This document shows positions 40,650 to 52,322 of a DNA stretch of 64,000 nt, one piece after another. The stretch is from Alphaproteobacteria bacterium. GTDB lineage: Bacteria > Pseudomonadota > Alphaproteobacteria > Bin95. Below the pieces are notes generated by a model that ran no database searches, had not been told where the DNA came from, and saw only the letters and a program-made list of their open reading frames with translations. The stretch's first letter is position 1. Each line of letters starts with the position of its first letter. Both the position numbers and the translations under genes were made by a program. The DNA lies in NCBI GenBank assembly GCA_965205265.1, contig CBDBGH010000003.1:2944001-3008000 (forward strand), written 5' to 3'.

Positions 40650-43298
40650 ATGGAAAAGACGATCTACGGCTTCGTGTTCCGCCACAGCCTGGCGCAGCAG
40701 CTCTTCCTGCTCGCGCTCACCGTCGCGTCTTTCCCGGTGCTCTACGTTTCGCTCGAACTGCCCAAGCAGATCATCAACGACGCCATCGGCGGCTCGGGCT
40801 TCCCCCGGTCGCTGCTGGGGCTGGAGCTCGGGCAGATCGAGTATCTGATGGTGCTGAGCTTCGCCTTCCTCGGCCTCGTGCTGCTGAACGGCGCGTTCAA
40901 ATTCGCCATCAACACCGGCAAGGGCCGCCTCGGCGAACGGCTGCTGCGCCGGCTGCGCTACGACCTCTATTCGCGCCTGCTGCGCTTCCCGCTGCCGGTC
41001 TTCAAGCGGATGGGCCAGGGCGAGATCATCCCGATGGTGACGCAGGAGGTGGAGCCGCTCGGCGGATTCATGGGCGATGCGCTGGCGCAGCCGGTCTATC
41101 AGCTCGGAATCCTGGTCACCATCGGCGCCTTCATGCTGATCCAGGAGCCGATCCTGGGCCTGGCGGCGCTCGCGCTCTACCCCTTCCAGATGTATGCAAT
41201 CCCGAAGCTCCAGCGCCGGGTGACCGCACTGGCGAAGGAGCGGGTGCAGCATGTGCGGCGGCTCTCCGACCGGATCGGCGAATCGATCTCCACCATCGAG
41301 GCCGTCCACGCCGATGACGGCTCCAACCGGTTGCGCGCCGACATCGCCAACCGCCTCGGCGGCATATACGACATCCGCTTCGAGATCTTCCGCCGCAAGT
41401 TCTTCATCAAGTTCCTCAACAACTTCCTGGCGCAGCTCACCCCCTTCTTCTTCTATTCCATCGGCGGCTACCTGATTATCGAGGGCCGGCTCAGCTTCGG
41501 CGCCATGGTCGCCGTGCTCGCCGCCTACAAGGACATGTCCGCGCCCTGGAAAGAGCTGCTGGCCTACTACCAGCAGCAGGCCGACGCGCGCATCAAATAC
41601 GACCAGGTGGTCCAGCAGTTCGACCCGCCCGGCATGATCGACGAGGCGCTGCAGGTGGAGGAGGCCGACGCCCTGCCGGAGATCGGGCCGGACAGCCGGC
41701 TTGCCTTCGAAAACGCCGCCTATGCCGAGGACGAGATTTCCCAGCCCGTGCGCAGCGCCACGCTCTCCCTCGGCCTTGACGAGCATGTCGCCATCGTCGG
41801 CCCGAGCGGCGGCGGCAAGGAGGAGCTCGGCCTGCTGGCCGCCCGGCTGGCGGTCGTCACCGGCGGGCGGGCGCATCTGGACGGAACCGCGCTCGCCGAG
41901 CTGCCGCAGGCCGTGTTCGGGCGCCGGGCGGCCTATGTCGGGCCGAATGCCAGCCTCTTCAACGCGAGCCTGCGCGAAAACCTGCTGTTCGGCCTGCGCC
42001 ACCGGCCGCTGCGCCCCGCCGACCTCGAACCCGGGGAAGCGGCGCGCCGCGAGGCCCGCGCGGCCGAGGCCCGCCGCTCCGGCAACAGCGAGGAGGACAT
42101 CGGCGCGGACTGGGTGGACTACGAGGCCGCCGGCGCCGCCCCCGGCGCGGAGATGGCGCGCCGGATGGTGGAGGTGCTGACGGCCGTCGGCCTCGACGAC
42201 GACCTCTATGCGCTCGGCCTGCGCGGCGTGCTGGACGGGGACGCCCATGCGGGCCTCGCCGCGCGCGTGCTGCAAGCGCGGAGGGCGCTCCGCTCCCGCC
42301 TCGATGCGCCGGGTGCGGCCGCGCCCATCGAGCCCTTCGACGCCGGCGCCTACAATGTCAACGCCACGCTCGCGGAGAACCTGCTGTTCGGCGCGCCCAT
42401 CGGGCCGGCCTTCCAGGTGGAGAACCTTGCGGGCCACCCCTTCGTGCGCAGCGTGCTGGAGGAAGCGGGGCTGCTGGACCGGCTGGAGGGCATCGGCCTC
42501 CAGGTGGCGAAGATCATGGTGGAGCTGTTCGCCGACATCGACCCCGGCCACGAGCTCTTCCAGCAGTTCTCCTTCATCGACGCCGACGACCTGCCCGACT
42601 TCCGGGCGATCGCCGCGCGCGCCGACCGGCTGGGTCTGGAGGGGCTGGAGGGGGAGGAGCGGCAAAGGCTGCTCGGCCTGCCCTTCCTGCTGATCCCGGA
42701 GCGCCACCGCCTCGGGCTCATCGACGACGCCATCCGCGCCGACCTGCTGACGGCGCGGCGCCTCTTCCGCGAGCGCCTGCCGGAGGCGGACCGCGCCTCG
42801 GTCGAGTTCTTCGACGCGGACCGCTACACGGCGCGCGCCAGCCTCCAGGACAACATCCTGTTCGGGCGCATCCGCCACGGCCAGGCGCATGGCGCGGCGC
42901 GGGTGAGCGCGCTGCTCGGCGAGGTCGTGGACGAGGTCGGCATCCGCGATGCCGTGATGGAGGCGGGGCTCGCCTTCCAGGTCGGCATCGGCGGCAGCCG
43001 CCTGACGCAGACCCAGCGCCAGAAGCTCGCCTTCGCCCGCGCGCTGCTGAAGCGCCCGGCGCTGCTGGTGGTCAACATGGCGACCGCGGGCGTCGAGCGC
43101 GTGGCGCGCGAGATGCTGTTCCTCGCCGCCCGCACGGCGATGGAGGGGCGCGGCATCGTCTGGGTGCTGGAGGCGCCGGAGCTGGCGGAGAGCTTCCCGC
43201 GCATCGTCGCGGTCGAGGAGGGCCGCACGGTGGAGGACGGGACTTACGAGGCGCTGAGGGAGGCCGGCGGCCCGTTCGCCCGGCTCCTCAGGCAGTAA
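40650..43298 (+). CDS. ABC exporter-type protein (TMD plus enlarged, degenerate NBD)
   Basis: N-terminal ABC membrane domain; GPSGGGKE Walker A-like; LTQTQRQK signature-like; LLVVNMAT in place of Walker B. Confidence 0.8.
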   Translation: MEKTIYGFVFRHSLAQQLFLLALTVASFPVLYVSLELPKQIINDAIGGSGFPRSLLGLELGQIEYLMVLSFAFLGLVLLNGAFKFAINTGKGRLGERLLRRLRYDLYSRLLRFPLPVFKRMGQGEIIPMVTQEVEPLGGFMGDALAQPVYQLGILVTIGAFMLIQEPILGLAALALYPFQMYAIPKLQRRVTALAKERVQHVRRLSDRIGESISTIEAVHADDGSNRLRADIANRLGGIYDIRFEIFRRKFFIKFLNNFLAQLTPFFFYSIGGYLIIEGRLSFGAMVAVLAAYKDMSAPWKELLAYYQQQADARIKYDQVVQQFDPPGMIDEALQVEEADALPEIGPDSRLAFENAAYAEDEISQPVRSATLSLGLDEHVAIVGPSGGGKEELGLLAARLAVVTGGRAHLDGTALAELPQAVFGRRAAYVGPNASLFNASLRENLLFGLRHRPLRPADLEPGEAARREARAAEARRSGNSEEDIGADWVDYEAAGAAPGAEMARRMVEVLTAVGLDDDLYALGLRGVLDGDAHAGLAARVLQARRALRSRLDAPGAAAPIEPFDAGAYNVNATLAENLLFGAPIGPAFQVENLAGHPFVRSVLEEAGLLDRLEGIGLQVAKIMVELFADIDPGHELFQQFSFIDADDLPDFRAIAARADRLGLEGLEGEERQRLLGLPFLLIPERHRLGLIDDAIRADLLTARRLFRERLPEADRASVEFFDADRYTARASLQDNILFGRIRHGQAHGAARVSALLGEVVDEVGIRDAVMEAGLAFQVGIGGSRLTQTQRQKLAFARALLKRPALLVVNMATAGVERVAREMLFLAARTAMEGRGIVWVLEAPELAESFPRIVAVEEGRTVEDGTYEALREAGGPFARLLRQ

Positions 43299-43315
43299 CG
43301 AGGAGGAAGGGACCC

Positions 43316-43774
43316 ATGGCGCTCAACGAGGAAGTCGAGGCGCTCCGCGCCATCCCGCTGTTCCAGCGCATCGAGGCGTCCAAGCTGCGCCTGCTCGCCT
43401 TCACCAGCGAGCGGGTGCGCTTCGAGCCGGGCGACCTCGTGGTGAGGCAGGGCGATATCGGCGACGCCGCCTATATCGTGCTGGAGGGGGCGGCCGAAGT
43501 GCTGGTGGACACGCCCCAGGGCCCGCTCAAGGTCGCCGATGTCGGCCGCAACGACATTGTCGGCGAGATCGCGATCCTGATCGACGTGCCGCGCACCGCC
43601 ACCGTGCGCGCGACCGACGCGGTGACGGCGCTGCGCATCTCGAAGGAGCTGTTCTTCCGGCTGGTGGCGGAGTTCCCGCAAATGGCGGTCGAGATCATGC
43701 GCGAGCTCGCCCAGCGCCTCGACAGAACCACCAACGACCTCCGCGAAGCCCGCGCACAGCTGGCCGCCGGGTGA
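43316..43774 (+). CDS. Stand-alone cyclic-nucleotide-binding domain protein
   Basis: QGDIGDAAYIVLEG and GEIAIL...PRTATV phosphate-binding cassette. Confidence 0.9.
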   Translation: MALNEEVEALRAIPLFQRIEASKLRLLAFTSERVRFEPGDLVVRQGDIGDAAYIVLEGAAEVLVDTPQGPLKVADVGRNDIVGEIAILIDVPRTATVRATDAVTALRISKELFFRLVAEFPQMAVEIMRELAQRLDRTTNDLREARAQLAAG

Positions 43775-43796
43775 GCGGGAGGATGGCGCGGGAGCT

Positions 43797-44153
43797 CTCC
43801 TCGCCCGCTCGCGGGCGAAGCCCGGCGGAAGCCCGCCGCGCCGGGAGGCCCTCCCCCAACCCCTCCCGCAAGCGGGAGGGGAGAACAGGGGCCGTCCGCC
43901 GCCGGGCGGGAAGAAGCACGGGAAGAAGCCGGACAAACACCGTCATTCCGGCTCCCACTGTCGTCACCCCGGACTTGATCCGGGGTCCAGCTCCGGCTCT
44001 CTCGGCAGCCTCAGGCGGTTCGTCCTGCTCTCCACCGGCTGCGGCGGCATCGGGAGCCATGGATGGACCCCGGCTCGGGGGCCGGGGTGCCCCCCGCTTT
44101 CGCGGGGGCAGGCGGGGCGTTCGGGGCAACCCCCGCTTCCACGGGGGCAGGCG
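43797..44153. repeat. Cluster of REP-like palindromes
   Basis: CCCTCCCGCAAGCGGGAGGG, CCCCGGACTTGATCCGGGG and two CCCCGC...GGGGGCAGGCGGGGC units. Confidence 0.7.
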
Positions 44154-44189
44154 GGGCGCGGCGGCCGAAGGGGCGCGGAGCGCCGCGGC

Positions 44190-44681
44190 ATGACCCGCCT
44201 CGACAGCGCCATCCGCCGCCTTGAGGCCCAGCGCGCCTGCCTCGACCGGGCGGCGGCGCTCATCCGGGGCGTGCCCGGCCCGGTGCTGGAGCTCGGCCTC
44301 GGCAACGGGCGCACCTACGACCATCTCCGCGCCCGCCTGCCGGACCGCGACATCTTCGTGTTCGAGCGTGCGCCCGCCGCCCACCCCGACTGCACCCCGC
44401 CCGAAGACCGCCTCATAATCGGCGACTTCCTCGACACCCTGCCGAATGTCCGCCTGCCCGCCCCCGCCGCCCTCGTCCACGCCGACATCGGCACCGGCGA
44501 CAAGGCCGCCTCGCTGGCGCTGGCAAAGGCCCTCGCCCCCCTCCTCCCCCGCCTGACAACCCCCGGCGCCGTCCTCGCCGCCGACCAGCCCATGCCGCTC
44601 CCCGGCTGGACGGAGGAGCCGCTGCCGGAGGGCGTCGCCCCGGGCCGCTACCGCCTCTACCGGCGGCCGGCGGGAGGCTGA
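44190..44681 (+). CDS. Small class I SAM-dependent methyltransferase-like protein
   Basis: VLELGLGNGRTYDHLR and VHADIGTG. Confidence 0.8.
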   Translation: MTRLDSAIRRLEAQRACLDRAAALIRGVPGPVLELGLGNGRTYDHLRARLPDRDIFVFERAPAAHPDCTPPEDRLIIGDFLDTLPNVRLPAPAALVHADIGTGDKAASLALAKALAPLLPRLTTPGAVLAADQPMPLPGWTEEPLPEGVAPGRYRLYRRPAGG

Positions 44682-44788
44682 GCGGCGGGCAGGCACCCTC
44701 GCCCCGGCCCCCGCCTGTCCCTGCCCCTGAGCGGGGAAGCCGGGGCAGGCTCCTCCGCCATATCCGAACGCCCGCTCCGCCGTGCCCG

Positions 44789-44908
44789 CCCCCCATATCG
44801 TCATGCCCGTCCCCCCATATCGTCATGCCCGGACTTGTTCCGGGCATCTCCCTCGGGACCCTCGCGGCAGCGGCCGTATGGATGGCCGGAACAAGTCCGG
44901 CCATGACG
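44789..44908. repeat. CGTCAT-type REP pair with a tandem 21-bp duplication
   Basis: CCCCCCATATCGTCATGCCCG twice, then CGTCATGCCCGGACTTGTTCCGGGCAT...ATGGCCGGAACAAGTCCGGCCATGACG; same family as at 20217. Confidence 0.8.
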
Positions 44909-44980
44909 GGAAAAAGGCATGACGATGGGGAACGAGTGGAGCCTCGCACCGCGAGTTTCGGCATAGTTTCCTCAAATAAC

Positions 44981-45009
44981 TTGCATCCCGCCCATTTGTT
45001 CCCTATATA
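44981..45009 (+). promoter_or_regulatory. Sigma70-like promoter
   Basis: TTGCAT-N17-TATATA in a GC-rich background. Confidence 0.5.
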
Positions 45010-45255
45010 CCCCAGAAACCCGCGCCAACAGCGAGGAAGCGAGGCGATGACGTGGATTTGAACCGGGGCGCCGGTCGGCGCTTCATGAGGGATGCGGGAG
45101 CTGTGTCGAGGGGCGGACGCCCAACCGGACAGCTGCGCGCGTCCGCCGGCCGGCAGGAAGCCCCGGCGCATTAAACCCGGAATGCCGGCCGCACCGGCCG
45201 GCGCGGTAATCTGGAACGAAACGGAACGGGCGCGAGCCGCCCGGAAGGAAAGACA

Positions 45256-45696
45256 GTGGAGAGGGCGATGGAAAACATGGCGGACGCGATGACGGGCGGC
45301 ATGGCGGGGCCGAGGCCGGGCAAGGCGGTGGGCGAGGACCTGCGCCGCCGGGCGGTGGCGGCGGTGCTGGAGCGGGGGATGAGCTTCGAGGCGGCGGGCC
45401 GGCAGTTCGAGGTGGCGGCGAGCAGCGTTTTCCGCTGGGTCCGGCGCTTTCGCGAGCAGGGCAATTTCAAGCCGGGCCGGCCCCGCGGCCGCCCCTCGCG
45501 GATCGAGCCGGAGCGCGCCCGGATCCTCCGCATCCTGGAGGAGCGCCCGGACATCAGCGGCCGGGCGCTGCGGGGCGTGCTTGCCGAGGAAGGCGCGGTC
45601 TTCAGCGCGGCCGCGGTGCAGCGCTTCCTTTTGCAAAACGGCCTCGACCGCAAGACGCGCCGCGCGCGGCGGCAGGGCCGCGCGGACCGGGCGTAG
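45256..45696 (+). CDS. Stand-alone HTH protein resembling the N-terminal ORF of IS630-family transposases
   Basis: DLRRRAVAAV...AAGRQFEVAASSVFRWVRRF and EERPDIS..LR..LAEEG; no DDE domain follows; start uncertain. Confidence 0.6.
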   Translation: MERAMENMADAMTGGMAGPRPGKAVGEDLRRRAVAAVLERGMSFEAAGRQFEVAASSVFRWVRRFREQGNFKPGRPRGRPSRIEPERARILRILEERPDISGRALRGVLAEEGAVFSAAAVQRFLLQNGLDRKTRRARRQGRADRA

Positions 45697-46018
45697 CGGC
45701 CAGGAGCGGGAGCCGGTGCATATGCCACCGCCGGGGCGGGCATCGGCTTCTAGCTTCGCATATGATGCGCTCGCCGGTGAGGGCATTGCACGGGAGGAGG
45801 AGAGCCGATGACCGACTGGACGACATGCCCGGCTGTGGAACGCACGCCGGGAAAGGTCAGCGGCGCATGGGTCTTCGCCGGCACGCGGATTCCCCTGTTC
45901 GCGCTTTACGAAAACCTGGCCGCCGGCGCTACGGTGTATGCGGTGCGAGCGCCCCACCTTCATACAGGCCTGGTGATGTGGGAGTTAGGGTTCGGAATGA
46001 GACGAAGGGAATTTCTCA

Positions 46019-46417
46019 TTGGAGCCCTCAGCAGAGCTTCTCACCAACGCCAGGGTTGAAGTGTTGCCGGCGCGTGGCGGCTTTCGCCGTCGCTGGCCGG
46101 CTTCGGTGAAAGCGCGGATTGTTGCCGAGACACTGGAGGAAGGCGCGACGGTCGCCGGGGTAGCGCGTCGCTACGAGATCAACTCGAACCAGCTGTCGGA
46201 ATGGCGCCGCCAGGCACGGAAGGGCCTTCTGGTGTTGCCTGCGGAGGGCGAGATGGGTTTTGCTCCGGTGGTCTTGCGTCAGGATGAGCGCCGGGTTCCC
46301 GCTGCGGGCAGCGACCGCCTGGAAGTGATCCAGGACCGGGTGACGCTCCGTCTGGACGCCGCGACACCGGCTTGCCGGATCGCCGAGATCGTGTCGGCGT
46401 TGAACGCATCGGTATGA
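46019..46417 (+). CDS. tnpA: IS66 accessory protein TnpA
   Basis: RRRWPASVKARIVAET...VARRYEINSNQLSEWRR HTH. Confidence 0.88.
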   Translation: MEPSAELLTNARVEVLPARGGFRRRWPASVKARIVAETLEEGATVAGVARRYEINSNQLSEWRRQARKGLLVLPAEGEMGFAPVVLRQDERRVPAAGSDRLEVIQDRVTLRLDAATPACRIAEIVSALNASV

Positions 46418-46767
46418 TCTTCCCATCGAACCGGGTCCGGATCGTGGTTGCGACGAAGCCCGTGGACTTCAGGAAGCAGCACGACGGCCTTGTTGCGCAT
46501 GTGAAGAGCGTATTGCGCAAGGACCCGTTCACGGGAACGGTCTTCGCGTTCCGTACGAAACGAGCTGACAGGCTGAAGCTGATCTACTGGGACGGGACCG
46601 GCCTGGTGATGGTCTACAAGCGTCTGGAGGACCAGGGCTTTGTCTGGCCGGCGATCCGCGACGGGGTGATGTCGCTGAGCCATGCGCAGTTCGAGGCGCT
46701 GTTCTCCGGGCTGGACTGGCGCCGTGTGCGAGCGCTGTCGGCACGGCGCCCGGCTGAGGCCGAATGA
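46414..46767 (+). CDS. tnpB: IS66 accessory protein TnpB
   Basis: PVDFRKQHDGL and DRLKLIYWDGTGL..KRLE. Confidence 0.92.
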   Translation: MIFPSNRVRIVVATKPVDFRKQHDGLVAHVKSVLRKDPFTGTVFAFRTKRADRLKLIYWDGTGLVMVYKRLEDQGFVWPAIRDGVMSLSHAQFEALFSGLDWRRVRALSARRPAEAE

Positions 46768-46822
46768 CTCACTGGGCGGATCGGGGCGTGCCGCGTCCCG
46801 ACACTGTGCTACCAGACTGGCC

Positions 46823-48430
46823 ATGCCGGCCCTTGCGGAGATCGACCTCGGAACGCTGACGCCCGAACAGCGGGAAGCGGCGGTGCAGGCAATCGCGGCG
46901 CTGGAGGTGCTTCGCGCCGAGAACGAGACGCTGGCGGAAGAGAAGGCCTGTCTCGCGGGCGAGAACGAAGTTCTGACGGACCGCAACGGGGCTCAGGCGG
47001 AGCGCATCCGCCGTCTCGAACATCTGAACCTCGAACTGATCCGCCTTCTGTATGGCAAGAGGTCGGAGAAGCTGTCGGCGGACGAGCGCCAGCTGGCGTT
47101 CGAGGACCTTGAGGGCGCGGCGGCGGAGATCGAAGCAGCGGCCGCGCCGGAAGATCCGACGCCGGCCCAATCGCCGAAGCGTCCTCGCCCGGCGCGCAAT
47201 ATCGGCCACTTGCCGGAGCATCTGGAGCGGATCGAGCAGGTGGTCGAGCCGGAGAGCACGCTCTGCCCCTGCGGCTGCGGGGAGATGGTGAAGATTGGCG
47301 AGGATCGCACGGAGCGCCTGGACATCGTGCCGGCGCAGCTTCGGGTGATCGTCACGGTGCGGCCGAAATACGCCTGCCGGGCCTGCGAACAGGGCGTCAC
47401 CCAGGCGCCGGCGCCGGCCCGGCTGATCGAGGGCGGGTTGCCGACCGAAGGCGCGATCGCCCATGTGCTCGTCTCCAAATACCTGGACCATTGCCCGTTG
47501 CACCGGCAGGCGCAGGTCTATGCCCGTTCCGGCCTCGATCTGGACCGCTCGACGCTGGCCGGCTGGGTCGGCAGGGCGTCATTCCATCTGAAACCGGTGG
47601 CCGACCGGCTGGCGGAGCATCTCAAGCGCTCTTCGAAGCTGTTCATGGACGAGACGCGGGCGCCGGTGCTCGATCCGGGCCGCGGCAGGACCAAGACCGG
47701 CTGGCTGTGGGCGCTGGCCCGCGACGACCGTGCCTGGAGCGGACCCGACCCGCCGGGCGTTGTGTACTTCTATGCGCCCGGGCGCGGCGGTGAATATGCC
47801 GAGCGCTTCCTCGACGGCTTCGATGGTATCCTCCAGGTGGATGGCTATGCCGGCTACAACCGGCTGACTGGACCGAGCCGCAAGGGCGGCGCGCCGATAC
47901 GGCTGGCTTACTGCTGGTCCCACGCGAGGCGCCGGCTCCGCGAGATCTACGACAGCAGCGGCTCCGAGATCGCGGCAGAGGGCCTGCGCCGGATCGCCGA
48001 GCTCTACGCCATCGAGGCCGACATCCGCGGCAGCCCGCCCGAGCAACGTCTCGCAGAACGACACGCGCGCTCCGCGCCCCTGGTCGAGGCCTTCGGCGAC
48101 TGGCTGAAGCAGCAGCGCGCCCGCATCTCGCCCAAGTCCCGCCTCGGCGAGAAGCTCGCCTATATCGCCCGTCACTGGGACGGCCTCCGGCTGTTCCTCG
48201 CCGACGGCCGCGTCGAGATGGACAGCAATGCCGTCGAGAACCTCGCCCGGCCGATTGCCCTTACAAGGAAAAACGCGCTCTTCGCGGGTCACGACGAAGG
48301 CGCAGTCGCCTGGGGCCGGATCGCTTCACTCACCCAGACCGCCAGGTTGAACGGGGTCGAGCCCTACGCCTGGCTCAAGGCCACCCTCGAAGCCATCGCG
48401 GTCGGCCATATGGCGCGACAATCTGGGTGA
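46823..48430 (+). pseudogene. tnpC: IS66 transposase TnpC with its extreme C-terminus displaced by IS21 (remainder 51208-51265)
   Basis: MDET, LQVDGYAGY, CWSHARR and DSNAVE; tail PNDRIDDLLPW found after the IS21. Confidence 0.9.
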
Positions 48431-48665
48431 GAGCTGCGCGTCAATCAGGATGAGATTCCCGGCGGCAGCGGCGAGTTGATGATTGCCGCGCGGGGGGTGG
48501 ATTGCAAGCGGTTTCCGGTTTTGATTGTCGCGGCGCGACAAACAGTGTTTTCGGGAATGGTTTTGATTGTCGCGGCAGGCCGTCGGGTCGGAGAAGAGAC
48601 GGCGCGCGGAGACGATCCCCGCGGGCCCTGATTGTCGTGGCCGCTCTACCTGAGCAGGCGGCGGC

Positions 48666-51034
<2,369 letters not shown>

Positions 51035-52322
51035 TCACCGTTCGCCCGGCCGGCCCTGGCCGCCAGAAGGCCCGGGGGAAATTTTTCGAGCCGGCGGCCC
51101 GGAACTCCGGTCGGGCTACGCCCTCCCTGCGTTCCAGGCCGCCGCCTTCCCCCGTCTCATCCTGATTGACGCAAACGTCTCAGCTTGATTGACGCGCCGC
51201 ACGGCCATCCCAACGACCGCATCGACGACCTGCTCCCGTGGAACTTCAAGCCGTCGTCAAGCTGAAATCCGGGTGACCCGCCCGCATCGCTTACCGATGA
51301 GCAGCAGGTTCGCGCCGTGCTCGAACACGAAGCCCGGGCGCTCAGGACGGACTTGGTTCGGTGAAGCCGCTGCTCGCCAGGGACGCCCGCCCGTTACGGA
51401 ACCGCCTCACTGCTGGCCGTGCCTGCGGCGGCAGGGGTTCACCATCCGCCAATGCACAGTGCTACCAACACCACTACTTTGAGAATGTCATGATATGCTC
51501 AGTCTTCATTCTTCTAAACAAATTTGTTTCCTCCGATCTAAGTAGTGGCATATACCGGCTTCGCTCTGGAATTTCTCGCGTGAAGTGATCTATAATTTTG
51601 AAGCCACTCTGCTCGGCAGATAGCTTCAGCAACTCACTATTCCTCACCTCGTGTCCTTTCACACGAGAATTTCCAACAACATAAGTTGCCTGCCGGTTTG
51701 GTGCCAGTACTCGATGTGCTTCGCGCAGAATCGAGCACAAATCACCATAGTAGCGCCGAAGCATATTCCTCTTTTTCTCCCCTACATCCGGGTGTAAATT
51801 TTCGAAAAACTCCTGCGCTCGTCCATTCACCCGTCGCACCCGAACGATTTCCGCTCCAACAAACCGCGCACGCAGCTTCCTCAATTTGGTGATCGAGTAC
51901 CCAAGCCAGATCAGGGACATTCTGTGCCCCCGCATATAATCTATTGCATTCAAATACGGAGGGGAAGTCACTATTCGATCAACAGAACCTGACCTAACAC
52001 GCCCCATTCTCCGCGCATCGCCTCTATATGCAGACACATCCTTTTGAATTTTCCCGGACGACAACGCCTTTAGCACATGGTCCAACGATCCCGGAAGGGC
52101 GTCAAAGAGATCGAACTCATTCTCAATGATTGTGCGATGTGGACGGCTATGAGCAGTGTCCCTCGCTCGAGAAGCCTTCGGCTCTTTCGTCACAATCAAG
52201 CGGGAGACCGAAACCTTCAGCGCATTCATGACGGGACCACTTGAGAGCATCGGCTCCTGTACCATTACAAATGCCAACTTACGCAACTGTTCCGTAAGCG
52301 ATGCGGGCGGGTCACCCGGATT

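Noticed and set aside
43797-44908. Possible CRISPR array
   Set aside because: Repeats are palindromic REP-like units without regular spacers; no cas genes
45214-45227. GAAC-N6-GAAC as an alphaproteobacterial LexA box
   Set aside because: Spacing is 6, not the required 7
46414-46767. IS66 tnpB as an RNA-guided TnpB nuclease
   Set aside because: Name coincidence; a 117-aa IS66 accessory protein with no RuvC or zinc-finger motifs
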